Shown here: positions 12,985 through 25,900 of the stretch, one piece after another
How positions within the stretch are numbered: the first letter of the stretch is position 1
Layout: each line of letters begins with the position of its first letter
Assembly: GCF_009914755.1 (NCBI RefSeq)
Contig: NC_060928.1
From: the human T2T-CHM13v2.0 reference genome, Homo sapiens
Direction: 5' to 3' (one strand)
Length of the DNA: 64,000 nucleotides
Notes under the pieces: model-generated
Told to the model about the DNA's origin: nothing
The model's database searches: none
The model's input: only the letters and a program-made list of their open reading frames with translations
Translations under genes and position numbers: made by a program

Positions 12985-13662
12985 AGTACCAAATTCTATA
13001 TATACCATTTTTTTTAACCTATATGTAGATACCTATAATAAAGTTTAAGGTACAACAGCAAAAATAGCAAGAATTTCTTTATCTTTCTTCACAATTTCAC
13101 AGGTAGAAGATTCATTCTTACCGTAGATCTTAGTCACTTCAGGACTCTTTTTCTTCATTAAGTCGAGAACTTTTACCTTTCACTTACAAGAAATACTTTA
13201 TGGCCTCTCTCTGACATATCTGAATGGCCAGCATCACTACTCTTACATTTTGGGACCATTATTAATTAAAGTAATGGTTACTTGAACACCTGGAATGCCA
13301 TACTGCGACAGTCGATCTGATAACCAAGCAGGCTACTCAGGGACTAATGGGTGGATAGTGTAGATAGTGTGTATCCAGGCTACTCAGGGACTAATGGGTG
13401 GATAGTGTAGATAGTGTGTATCCAGGCTACTCAGGGACTAATGGGTGGATAGTGTAGATAGTGTGTATCCATTGAACAAAGGGATGATTCATGTTCCAGG
13501 CGGGACAAAGGACAGTGTGGGGTTTCATCACGCTACTCAGAATGGCAATTTGAAACTTATGAATAGTTTATTTCTAGAATTTTCTCTTTAATATTTTCTG
13601 ACTGTAGTTGACCATAGGTAACCGAAACTGCAGGAAACAAAACCATAGGTAAGAAAGACCTG
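12985..13662. mobile_element. MER44/Tigger7 DNA transposon derivative
   Basis: cagtcgatctgataaccaag, tttcatcacgctactcagaatggc, gttgaccataggtaaccgaaactgcagg. Confidence 0.8.
13329..13469. repeat. Three identical 47-bp tandem copies
   Basis: caggctactcagggactaatgggtggatagtgtagatagtgtgtatc at 13329, 13376 and 13423. Confidence 0.97.
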
Positions 13663-13924
13663 CAGCAACTAATATTACGCCCTAGCTAAGTTGACAATTA
13701 AAATTAACTATTAGTGTGCTCCCCACTAGACTATAAACAATTAGAGGGCTGGGCTGTATCCTGTGAGTTTATTTTATTTATCTTTCAAGTTACCAAGCAA
13801 TAGGTCTGATGTTTGTGGAAGGAATGAATGCTTGAAAATAGGGATGCGGTAGGATGGAAAACAAATGGACCAGATCTTGCTTTATCCATTTCATAACTGT
13901 AGTAACCTGGGGCACATTATTCAA

Positions 13925-14350
13925 GCATGTATCACATAGTATTTATCAGGCACCTTCTATATGCTCAGGAAGGAGAGTGGCACTCGGGATGCAATGGTGA
14001 ACACAGCAGTTGCAGCTCCCTCCCCTGAGGCTCCCTGTTGGAGGGAGAGACAGGTGATAAACAAGGATTCCAAACTGGATGCACATAATAAAGAAGGGCA
14101 AAGCGTGTCAGGAAGGGCTGCCTGAGGAATCGATATTTAAGTTGAGACATACAAAGATGAATTAGGAGTCAGCCAGGTGAAAGAGAAGATTCCTAAGATA
14201 GAGGTAGGGAGGGTATCTCAGGCAGAGGAAATATACGTGTGAATGCAAGAGAACAGGGCATTGGAAACCACCACATCGTGGAAAGAGAGTATGAGGGAGG
14301 GGCTGAGAGCCTGAGCTGCAGTGGACAGGCAGGCAGGGATCCGGTTAAAT
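13925..14350 (-). mobile_element. L2 relic
   Basis: atttatcaggcaccttctatatgc...gggagagacag...caggcagaggaaa. Confidence 0.6.
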
Positions 14351-15619
14351 CAAAGCCTCACTTTCTGCCCCATAGAGGAGCTGAGAGGCACAGATGATGT
14401 AGGCAAAAACATTCTGTGTGTGATAAACCCTCTGCAAATGCCATTAGGGTTTACATTAAACTGAAATGTGTCAAACGCAATATTGCTCTTTCATCCGTGT
14501 TTCCTGAACATGAGAAAAGCATCAGCATTTTGATGTGTTTGGTGAAACAAAGCACCAAATATCCCAAAAGGCAAACAATGGCTGCTTGGAGACTGACCCC
14601 CAGCATAGGAACCCTTTGCAATTATCCATCCTTGCCTCACTGGAAATATACAGCTTTTATAGCATATTGGTTATTCTTCCCAGGGACCTGAGAGACTAGG
14701 TACTTACGGTAAGGTAATATTTAAACACTAACATTTATAAATGCAGCTTTATAATTGCAATACTGCAAATAAGGGAATTTGGATATGTTCCTTGAGAGCT
14801 GTCAGTGACAGTTTCCAAGGAACATGACTATCTTGTTCATGCAGTTATAATCCCTTCTGAACATTGACTGAGTGGTTACACCTGCCTCCTGCCCTGGGAT
14901 AAGTACCCGCAAGACTGTTAAAGACAGCTTTGTGCTGGGGTTTGGGGCTGTGTCCCTAAGGCTGCTGTTTGGGAGGATTTCGGGGCTGCTGATCAGTGTG
15001 GGGATGTGGTCTTCTCTCTCTTGGTTCTGGGCATGCCAAGTGTGGCTGCATTTAGAACAGCTGTCTTCTTGGCTGCTTTCTTGGGAGCTTCTACCAGGCA
15101 ACAGCTCTCCAGCTCTGCTCTGACGCAAAGGAAAGGAAAGATTTCTCAATAATGCAGCACTCAGCTGCTCAATTGCTCCCCAGCCATTCCATCACTGTGC
15201 GCTTGTATCTGCAGCCCTCTCCCCTCCCAGGGATAGAAGGGAGTTTGGTGAAAAGTAAGATTCATGTTGATGATGCCAGCACTGTATGAAAATGGAGTTG
15301 GCAGAGGTTGTGGTTCAATTATTCATTCACTAATTCATTCATTCAACACCTACTTACTGAATGTGTACTACGTGCTCTTTATTTGTTCTAGGTGCTGGGG
15401 GTGCTATAAGCAGGAAAAAAGAAAATCACTGCTCTTAAGGGAACTGCATTTTAATGAAGGAGTCAGATAATAAATAAATTAAATAAACAAAAGATATATA
15501 CTATGTCAGGTAGTGATAAGTACCAAAGAGAAAAGGTAACGTAGGGAAGAGGGATATGAAATGTTGGAGTTGGGAGGGTTGAAAATGTGGATACCTTGGC
15601 TAAAGCCACTGAGATAGAA

Positions 15620-16682
15620 AGAATAGTGGCTCTGCAGAGATATCCACATTCTAATGGTTCGAAATTGTGACTACAGCAGGTTCCATGGCATAGGGAATTA
15701 CAGCCGCTAATCAACTGCCCTTGAGATCCAGAGAGGAGCCTGAATTATCCAGGTGGTCCCAATATAATGACAAGGGTACTGTTATCGTTAATTTTTGGTG
15801 TCAACTTGACTGGATTAAGGGATACCTAAAATCCTGGTAAAGTGGTATTTCTGGGTATGTCCGAGAGGTTGTTTCCAGAGGAGAATGGTGTGTGAGTTAG
15901 TGGACTCAGTGGGGAAGATCTGCTGTCAATGTGAGCAGACACCACACAATCAGCTGGGGGCCCAGATAGAACAAAAAGGCAGAGAAAGGTGAATTCTCTC
16001 TCGCTTTTCTGGAGCTGGGACACCCTTCTTCTCCTGCCTTTGGACATCAGAACTTCAGGTTCTCTGGCCTTTGGATTCTAGCACTAGGCAGTGCTCCCCC
16101 GACCCCCACCTCTCAGGTTCTCAGACCTTCGGTCTGGGAGTGAGAATTACCCCCTTGGCTTCCCTGGCTCTGTAGCTTTGAGACTTGCCATGAGTCACAT
16201 TACCAGCTTCCCTGGGGCTGAAGATTGCAGATATCTACTGCAGAACTCCTCAGCCTCTGTCATCACATGAGCCAATGCACCTAATGAATTCTCTCTCATC
16301 TATCTGTCTATCATCTATCATCTATATATCCATCCATCCTGTTGGTGAACCCTGACTAACATGGGTATTTATAAGTGGAAGAAGGATTCAGAAGGTAGAA
16401 TCAGAAAGATGGCAGCATGAGAAGGACTTGGCCTGACATTGTGTCTTTGAAAATAAAAGGGTGCCAGGAGCCAAGGAATGTGTACACCTCTAGAAGCTGG
16501 GAAAGACAAGGAAACAGATTCTCCCTGAGAGCCTCCAGAGAGGAATATAATCCTGCCAACACCTTGACTTCAGTGCAATGAGATCTGTCTCAGACTTCTG
16601 ATCTACCGCAAGATCAATTATGTTGTTCCCAGCCACTAAGTTTGTAGTAATGTGTCTTAGCAGCAATAGAAAACCAATATAA
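15620..16682 (+). mobile_element. MLT1D/E LTR interrupted by an MLT2 LTR
   Basis: attatccaggtggtcccaatataat...; resumes as ataagtggaagaagg...tctagaagctgg...gcagcaatagaaaaccaatata. Confidence 0.75.
15780..16361 (+). mobile_element. MLT2 ERVL solo LTR
   Basis: tgttatcgttaatttttggtgtcaacttgactggattaaggg...gaaccctgactaaca with internal (tcta)n. Confidence 0.85.
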
Positions 16683-16720
16683 GCATCCAAACGGCAACTT
16701 CTAAGTGAAGAACTCTGATA

Positions 16721-16880
16721 TAGTTGCCATATTTAGCAAATAAAACTACAAGATGTCCAGCTAAATCTGAATTTCAGATAATAAACAATAACTTATTAAA
16801 GTAATACATTATTAATAACTTATTTATTATTTATCTGTTCTCGAATGTAACTGGGCATCTTGTATTTTATCTGGCACCCC
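16721..16880. mobile_element. MER53 palindromic hAT MITE
   Basis: gttgccatatttagcaaataaaa...tattttatctggcaccc inverted ends. Confidence 0.8.
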
Positions 16881-17127
16881 AAATCTCAGAGAAAGTTAGA
16901 CAGCGAGATATTTGGGGAACACATTCCAGGCAGAGGGACAGCATTTCTGCTGGGGCAGAATTCTCAGGAGCAGAGGGAAGAGCAAGAGTGAAGACTTGAG
17001 TTCTTTGAGAAACTTCTAGGAGGGAAGTGCAGCTGGAGTGAAGAGAATGAGGGAAACAGCAGGAGAAGATGAGTTCAGAGAGATTGTGGGGAACTATTAG
17101 GTTAGTGCAAAAGTAATTGAGGTTTTT

Positions 17128-18136
17128 ACAATGCGATGCCACCTTACTCCCGGAAGAATGGCCATAATCAAAAAAATAAAAAAAAAATAGATGTTGGCGT
17201 GGATGCGGTTGAAAAGGGAACACTTTTACACTGCTGGTGGGAATGTAAACTAGTAAAATCACTATGGAAGACAGTATGGAAATTCCTTAAAGAACTAAAA
17301 GTAGAACCACCATTTGATCTAGCAGTCCCATGTACCCAGAGGAAAGTAAGTCATTATATGAAAAAGACACTTGGACACGCATGTTTAGACCAGCACAATT
17401 TGCAATTGCGAAAATGTGGAACCAGCCCACATGCCCATCAATCAGAGTGGATAAAGAACTGTGGTATATAGTCAAACCCAAAAAGCAGAAATGGTGACTA
17501 TATTTAATAATACTATATTGTATACTTTAAATTTACAAGAGGGTAGATCTTAAGTCTTCTTACCTCACACACACAAAATGATTAACTATGTGAGGTAATG
17601 AATATGTTAATTATCTTTATTTCAGTAATCATTTCACTATAAATATATCAAAGCATCAAGTTGTGTACTTAAACATATCCAATTTTTGTCATGTATACCT
17701 TAATAAAGCTGGGAGGAAAAGTGAAAAAAAAGAAACTGTGGTGTATATATATACATGTAATATATATATATACACTACTTAGCCATAAAAAAGAATGAGT
17801 TAATGGCATTAGCAACAACCTGGATGGGACTGGAGGCTATTATCCTAAGTTAAGTAACTTGGGAATGGAAAACCAAATATTGTATGTTCTCACTCGTAAG
17901 TGGGAGCTAAGCTATGAGGATGCAAAGGCATAAGAATGATACAATGGACTTTGGGGACTCAGGGCGAAAGGGAGGGAAGCGGGTGAGAGGTTAAAGACTA
18001 CAAACTGGGTTCAGTGTATACTGCTTAGGTGTAGGTACACCAAAATCTCACAAATCACCAGTAAAAATTTTACTCATGTAACCAAATACCACCCGTTCTT
18101 CAAAAACCTATGGAAATAAAAAATATTTTAAATAAG
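17128..18136 (+). mobile_element. 5'-truncated L1PB1-like element
   Basis: ORF2 end and L1PB-type 3'UTR (caccaaaatctcacaaatcacca...aaaaacctatggaaataaa); 15-bp TSD GTAATTGAGGTTTTT at 17113-17127 and 18137-18151. Confidence 0.88.
17471..17728 (+). mobile_element. L1MA-type (about L1MA8-10) 3'UTR fragment nested in the L1PB
   Basis: gagggtagatcttaagtcttct...aactatgtgaggtaatg...ccttaataaagctgg; flanked by aaagaactgtggtatata / aaagaaactgtggtgtata. Confidence 0.75.
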
Positions 18137-21100
18137 GTAATTGAGGTTTTTGTCATTAAAGGCAATGGCAAAAACCGCAATCATTTTTGCACCAACCTAA
18201 TGGATTACAAACATCATAATGAGGATGTTGGCCTTTGGTCTGAGAGAGTTGGCTGACATTGGAGGATTTTGAATAGAGGTAGACCAGTATTTGGGGCCTC
18301 CTGAGAATGGAGAGAGGCTGACGGTAAGCAACCTGAGGGCAGGGCCTTCGGCCAGCCTTGCTGAAGAGGCGCACACAAGCTGGGAGGGCAGCAGGCCTTC
18401 AAATTGGTAGACTTGTGCAGTGCCACCTGCCACCAGAACCAGTAAGGTATAGAGAAGTGCCTGGTGGGAGAGCAGAAGATGTTAAGAGGAAAAAAGTGAT
18501 TCATGAGAAGAAATCTGGTTTGTGAGCCAATCGTAAGGGACGTGGGCGAAGAACAGACGTATAGGGGCTTCATGAGGCTGAAGACATTATGTTCAAAGCC
18601 CAGTTTCATCATTCTGGAACTCAGCAAGAGAGACACGTGTCATGACACCTGTCTACTCAGTTAGTTCAGAGCAGCAGAGTCTACACCAAGATCCCAAGAA
18701 GCCACACACATTTCAATCTTCAACCGTACCTGGATTTTCTTGGAACAGTTGCCAGAAGAGAAAAAATGATGACTATAAAACTCTTTTAGAAGCTTAATAA
18801 ATCACTACCTCTAATCATTACCAGTACTTGGTGTTTACAGGGTACCAGGCACTGGGCTCAGTGCCTTACCCCCGGCACCATTAACTATACAGATGAGGAA
18901 AGGGAAACCAGAGGGAATGAGTAACGGGCCCAAGGATGCAGCTTTTTGGGACTCAATAGATTTGTCCTCCTTGAACTTGGGCCCCAGACCGAATCAATTA
19001 CCCCCATCTTAGTTTTTATGCCCATGCTTGGGAATGTATCTCTATCATCCTGTGGTATAATGAGCTGAATATGTGTCTGCCTCCCTAATGAGCCTGGGAT
19101 CCTAGTAGGCAAGCAGAGAAACAAATTAATGTTGAATGAATGAATGAGGCAAACCACTGACAGGCCAGGTTGCAGGTGCAGCAGGGCCCATGTCCCTTCA
19201 TCCTCAGCAGAAATGGGTCGGAGCTGAGGACCCTGCCTTCTGCCACCACTTCTCCAGTGTCATTTCAATGTGCATCACTTCTAATTTCATTGTGTGTTTT
19301 CCCACAGAGAGTATTCAAAACTTTGAGAGGGATCAGAGATTGAAGCTTGTTTTTATTTTTCCTCCACCTATCTGCATTTAATCACATAGGGAGCTTCTCT
19401 TCCTTGTCTTCTTCCTCGTGTCCTATCTCATTGTTTCCCTTTCATTCTTCCATGCTTTGAGAGCATCCTTGTCCCCTGGGTCCTTTACGGAAGATCTGTA
19501 TATGGTGTTTGAAAATCTGTTTCTGTTCTAGCCCGTAAATTGATGCAATATATTGCGGCTTCAGCCTCCACTTTTTTTGGTTTCTGTGTGTGTATGTGTA
19601 AAGTTTCATGGTTGACATCTGTCTGATGCTGCCCATTCAGGCATTGAGTCTCTAGATGTGAGAAAGAATGTGTTCTTTATGCCCTCTGGAGCAGTGAGAA
19701 GCTTGGGGTGAGCATATTCATTGGAAATGGCTGGTCTAATTGACAGAAATAACCCAGGTGCCTTCCAGTAAGAAAGGCAAGAAAACACAATCACAAGTTC
19801 ACTCTGGGCCACTACATTTGATGGAGTCTCGGTTTCCCAAATTATTTATAAACCAGCAAGCAGATATCATAAGACTCCTAATATTATAGAACTTTGAAAG
19901 TTAGCATACTCCTGGACAGTTTTACAGTAGGGACAGCTGAAGTTCATTGGGTTTAAGAGGGTCTGCCTGACCTCGCACTGCTGCCTTGGTGTCAGCCTTG
20001 AAATTGTGGCTGCTCTCCTTGTTCAAGGTCTTGTCCTTTTCACCATGCCATGACACATGGTAACACTTTCCCCTTTTCAAATAGGACATTTGCTTTCAGT
20101 TGGGTCTAGTCTCAAACTTCCTTGCTAGCTCTTGGAAAGTTCTTGAAACCCATAACTCTCCTATGACATTCAGGACTTTCTGTTTTCCAATGCTGTTATG
20201 TATGGGCAAATATCAGTTTGCCCAGCAGCAGAAAGTAAGCTGCCCAAGGGCACACTGAAAGCAAAGTCTGTCACTATGTCCCTCATGATCTGAGGCAGAA
20301 CCTACTATCTGAAAAAGGATCTAGTTTATTTCTGATTCAAAATACATATTCCTTTCTTCTGAAAACATAAAATAAGGGTTAACATATACCTCCCTTCTTC
20401 TGGAATCTTTTGCACGATACAGGCTTTCTTTGAGGTACAGAACCTTCCCAAAGTGACAGTTTCCCATCTATCCTCACAGAGACTCTCCTGAAGTTTGTTC
20501 TTTCTGAAATAGATTCACCTGAGCCAACACACAGCCTCCTAAAATGCCATCTACTATTTTAGGGGGCTGGCACACAACTAGTTACTCTGTTACTCCATCT
20601 AGACAGCATCATAGCTCTACGACTTGGGTAATTTTATCCTCATTTTAGAGATAAGCAACCTAAGGCTTACAGAGATTTAAGTGACTCACCATTCATAAAT
20701 GATCTCATTTTGTCCTCCCAACAAGATTAGGACTTAGAATCCTTATTTTCAGAGACCATCATTGGTGTTTTCTAGAGGGGTTAAGTGCTTTGCCCCAGAC
20801 CCATAGCTAGAAAGTAGTGGAACCAGGTTTCAGTGTAACTTCTTTTGACCCATACCCAGGAAGGTGCTCAGCAAACAGCAGGTGCTCCATAAACACCTAT
20901 TGAACAAATGGATGATTCTGCAGCCCAAGTTCTTCCCACTACGCTCTACTATTACAAAACTGTTATCCCTCTGTCTGGTACACAGTTCTGATACCAAGGC
21001 TGATTAAACAGCATGTTGCCAAGTCCTCTTTTCTCAGGCCACTTTGGGCTGTCCCAGTTCCTCTGGTACTTCCCTGTCACCCTTGCTCCCAGCAGTATCT

Positions 21101-22791
21101 TTCAGAAACAGGAAACAACAATTTCTCATTCTACCATCTCTCTTCACAATCATGTGTGAAGGTGAAGAATGACATTTCCTTCCTCTTAATTCCTCCAAAA
21201 GGCAAACAACATATTATTCAGGAGTTCTGCATCAAATCCCAACACCTGATACGCCTGATAGGCAAACCATTCACTTTCTCTATTTGTGCAGCCATAGGAC
21301 CTTATCACTATTGCTGTTCTTCCTTTTGATGATGAAACACATCCTCTATCACTCTTCACCTGTGTCCCTGGCAACTCCCTCAGGTTCACATGGCTTCTCA
21401 AACCTTAATTGTCTTGTTCAAGTTCTTGTGGGTCCAAAATAAATCATGGATTTAGAGAAATTATCACTGTGTCATTCATGCTTGAGTGCTGGCATGGCTA
21501 AATAGATAGATAGACACCTTCAAACCAGGGATATGGTTTAGGAAAACCTTACAGTTAGAATAAATTTTGTCTAGGAATGTTCTGTCCAAAAGCACCCAAA
21601 GTAATATATTTTTTCCAGACATTGTGTAAGGAAATATGCCCACCCATAGTTTTTCCATGGATGCTTTGCAGTTCAAACAGATGGAGGAAGGTAGCAGAGG
21701 ACCTGAGATGAGGGAACACAGTTTCATTTAAGGATAAAACCCTCTAATAAAAGGCTTTTTCTGAGGTTTCATTCTAGCTTAGCATGATCATTTTGTGTAC
21801 TAAAAATAAACAGAGATTATGCATAGCTAGGATTTGGGCCGGGGGAGGGAATCAGCCTCTCTCTTCACCCTTCTCTTTCCACTTACTCCCTTTGAGTTTT
21901 TTTCTTTTAATTTTAGGTATGCCAAAAAAGTAAGGTTTTCAGGAGTGTAACAATTATGGATTTTAGGCACCACAATGTTTTCTTCGGGTCCACACAAACA
22001 CACACACATATACCCTTCCATATTTCCTTACCATGGCTAAAGCACAAATGCAGTATTTTTCACAGAACTGATGCTATTTTTAGACTGAATTGTAGGAAGT
22101 CTGCAGCATTAATAAATAGACAAGAAGCACAGAGCCATTGCGCATGGTGATATGCCAATGCAAAAGCTAGCTTGGCCTTTAACCAATGAACTGTGGTTAG
22201 ATGTTGCAACAACAAAAGTAAAAGCACCGCTTACAAAGGAATGATTAATAAGCTGACAAACTTCAGGCATTTATTTCCTATTCTTTCGTGCCAGCTATAT
22301 TAACACTAGCATATTTTCAACTTTATTAGTAAAGTCTTAGAGTCTGGTACTCTTAGGTGTGGTCACGAAGAGCTTCTTAAATCAGCTGCAAATTATTTGG
22401 AGAGGTAAATACTTGATAAATGTTGCTTTTTTCCCCCATTACCCTAATAGACCATGTCTGTTTATTTGTCTCCATGACACCTTGCTCCGAATAATAACCA
22501 TTATGGTTCCCCAAACCCAATGCTGCAGGAAATCATCTACTGTGGTATTAGCATCTTGTGGTAACTGATCCATGCCCCTTGTTGTGGGACTTCTTCGGTC
22601 ATATTTGCTTCAAGGAATTTCTATCCCTCCCTGTGGCAAATGTTCTCTGTGTGCCAGTCTGACATTCCTAGCATAGGAACCACTTTCTAGAAAGGGAGCC
22701 AGTCAACAGACTCCAATATCCTGTCTATAATAAACTCAACATCTCAATCAGCTGAAAAGATGGAGTAAAATGAGGAGTTAGGGGATGGAAT

Positions 22792-22904
22792 TAGTGTGAC
22801 CAACTTGCTTCAGTTTGCTTGGGACTGTCCCAGATTTTAAAACTAGAAGTTCCAGATCCCAGGAAACCTCTCAGTCCCATTCAGTGGGTTGGCTTGTTAC
22901 CCTA
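22792..22904. mobile_element. MER94-like hAT-Blackjack MITE
   Basis: tagtgtgaccaacttg...gggactgtcccag...gttacccta. Confidence 0.65.
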
Positions 22905-25900
22905 GATGGAAGAGTCACTGGCCTGAGCCTGAAGGAAACTAGGAAGGGACTTGGCTTTAGAGACAGACCCAGGTTCAAATCCCAGCCAGGTCCTACCAGC
23001 TGTGTGACTCTCCTCAAGCCTCGGTGCTATCAACATGTGATTAACCTCTAGTCTGAGGTTAAGGATCCCACTTCTAAAGTTAAAAAACCATTCATGTCTG
23101 CAAAAATGGAAATAATAATAGCTACCTCATGGATCTGAGGATACAAAGCAAAATCACATCTGCAAGTATCTACACATACAAGAAATCGCAAACTTCAGAG
23201 CCCTGGTTGCTGAGTTCCAAAGTGGATTAAGATGGACTTAAGTGGGTCCTAAAAAAGCAATGACAAATGACACAATGAAATTGTATCCTGGATGGTGTGT
23301 CCCTGCATTTGACTCTGAACATGGTTTTATTTTTGTCTATAAAGCTGAGACTTCTCTCAAGAAAGCAAGACTGTGACAGAGAAGGGCAGCTCCTTCACCA
23401 TATCCCTAACGTTACCAGACACCTTGTCTGAGGGACGTCACCCTGGCTGAACAAATGGTTGCTTATGTAAAAGACCTGCCCTCCAGTAAAATTCCATTTT
23501 GGGGTTGCATAAAAACAACAATTCCTGGAAAGGTGAAATTTTTAATTAAATGTATTCAAAGGGAATACAGATTAATGCCTCTAAGCAAGAGAGTATTTAA
23601 TGCTTCCAGGCCAGTTCATGCCTACCGAAGTAAAAATCTTCATGCCAGTGAGGCTTTTAAGTATTGATATTTCCTGCATTAATAATACTCTAAACCACAT
23701 TCATAATAATATAATTAGCAATACAATTCATACCATACAGCATGTGAGGACTCTGCATTAATTACAGCAGCATAGCCTTTGTGTGGAATGCCACGATCTG
23801 ATTTTAGCTCTCAAGGTAAATGATCATAAACTTGGGGGGCAGGGGTGTCCAGCAGAATGATGCACCATGCACAACTCACGTTCCTCTGATGATCACAAAA
23901 TAACAACAAATATTCTGTGCACAGTGCCTGCAGGGAGGAAACCCATTTTAAAGTCCAAGCTTGAGTGAATTTGGCTGTGCTTCCAAATTTTGTATGTAGC
24001 AAAATGTGATTAATATCCTCGATGTTCTCATTTTATCTCAGCCTCCATCCTAAACCCATGGAGTATCATGATACTTTTATGTTGATGAACAAGATGGCTT
24101 AGTAGGGGTTTTAGAAACGAACTTTTACCCCAATGGGACTTGCCTCATAATTTCCATTCCCCTCCTAAACACCCCGAGCTGGCCTTGCAGGAATTCTCGT
24201 CTCCAGCACTGGGGTAAGGGAAGCGCGTGTTTTATCATTGATGATTTTGCTAAAGGCTTATGCTAGTTCTGAGTAATGAAAAAATGTATTGGAACACATA
24301 GCTGTGCTAATTTATATTTCTCAAGTAGCTTAAAAGGGCTTCTGCTTTTTCCGTATCTTTACAAACACTATGTATTATCATTTAAAAAAATAGCTTTGCC
24401 CATGTGGTAGACAAAAAGTGACATGAAATTGTTATTTTCACTTTCTAAGATGAATTAGAAGAGCAAAGCTCAGTTGAGATGCCAAGAAAGAAGAGGATAT
24501 CCGACTCAGAAGTATTAGGACAGATTCAGATGAACTTCTGTAGGGTCTCCCTTGCTATCCATCTATCTGGACGCTACACTTTTTCCATCATAAAGACCTT
24601 CACAAAGCCCTCATGTACCCTGAGGTCTCTCAGCTCAGGACATCACATCAGCATGGCCACCCCATCCTAGTGTCCAGACCCAAACTACATACTAAGAAGT
24701 GTAATAAAGCCAGAAATGTAATTATGACACATCAGGGGATGAGTTTTGTGCCAGTCTCAACTCTCCCCAAAGTGATACACAGCTGTCATTTTTGACAGGT
24801 TGAAAGAAAGTAAGAAGTTCTCCAGCCTAGCAGGCTTTTCCATGCATCTGGAGCAAGGGGCTTCGGGTCAGCTGCTGTGATTGCGTGAGAGAAGGACTGA
24901 AGTAATTGCTAGTTCTCGAAAGAAAACCATTTGGATGACCGTGGAAGGGGAGCTAACCACTCTCACAGGCAGGAGAGACCCTCATCTAACATGATACAAT
25001 ATAAAAGGCACAGATGCGATTTAGGGGTAGGAAGACATGCGTAATGGTCCTGCCACCCCTTCTCATCACTGTGCTGCCACTGTACCCTCCGTTTCCTTTA
25101 ATAGAGCCTTTGGTGCCTGATTGTTTCTTGGGTTCTTCAATATGGCGAGGACCTCAAGCTTTCCTTATAGTCATTCATTTATTCATCCAACAAATATGTT
25201 TTGAGTGTCCACATTCTGTGTGCCAGGTTCTATGTCAGATACAATAAACAAAGCAGACATAGTCCCTTCCTTCAAGCCTGGGTGATTTTCACTCTTATGG
25301 GGGAAGAACACGGGCTGCGGAATACACCAAGGAAGAATACTCAATCCAGACTAGGGTGGGAGGGCTGTGTTGGCAAAGCCTTCCTGGGAGAAAAACATAT
25401 CAGAACTGGGACCAGATGGTTTAGTTAGTGACTCTAGTAAATGCTGGACAATAATAGTAAACAATAGTAGTAGCACTTACTGAATGCTTTCATTATGCTA
25501 AGCCCTATACTGGGCAATTCCACAGAGCATCTCCTCTATGAAGCAGGTTTTATTATTATCACCATATGTAAACAAAGATACCGATGTGTAGAAAGCTTAG
25601 ATGCTTTTTCTATGGTCCCAAGTAAGAAGCAACAGAACTGGGAGTTGAACTTGTGTAAAAGGAATAATAAAAAACGTGCATTTCTAACCACTGCACTGTG
25701 CTGCTATCCTTTGTGACTTGGGAAAGATCCTTGCAAATAAGCCTCAAGGTGTTATTTGCCAAAGTAGATGAAGCTGCATAGCACAAAAACCCAATCCCAA
25801 CTATGCTTACTTTGTAAGAAAGCTGGACGGAGCACTAGGCCACAAACGGTAAGGGGAATGCATTTGCCCCTACAGGATGGTCGGCCCTCTCCCCAGTCAC

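Larger units (their letters stand above)
12826..13715 (-). mobile_element. MLT2 ERVL LTR interrupted by a MER44 element
   Basis: tattagtcaggattctttagagaaacag...aagaaattggctcatgtgatt; resumes as aagttgacaattaaaattaac. Confidence 0.65.
17097..18200. mobile_element. MADE1 (Hsmar1 MITE) split by an L1 insertion; halves 17097-17127 and 18137-18200
   Basis: ttaggttagtgcaaaagtaattgaggttttt ... ggcaaaaaccgcaatcatttttgcaccaacctaa. Confidence 0.9.

Noticed and set aside
13329-13469. CRISPR-like repeat array
   Set aside because: Units are contiguous with no spacers, lie within a MER44 element, and no cas genes are present in this primate DNA
18137-18200. miR-548 gene
   Set aside because: MADE1 is interrupted and its left arm is displaced by 1 kb; expression cannot be inferred from sequence
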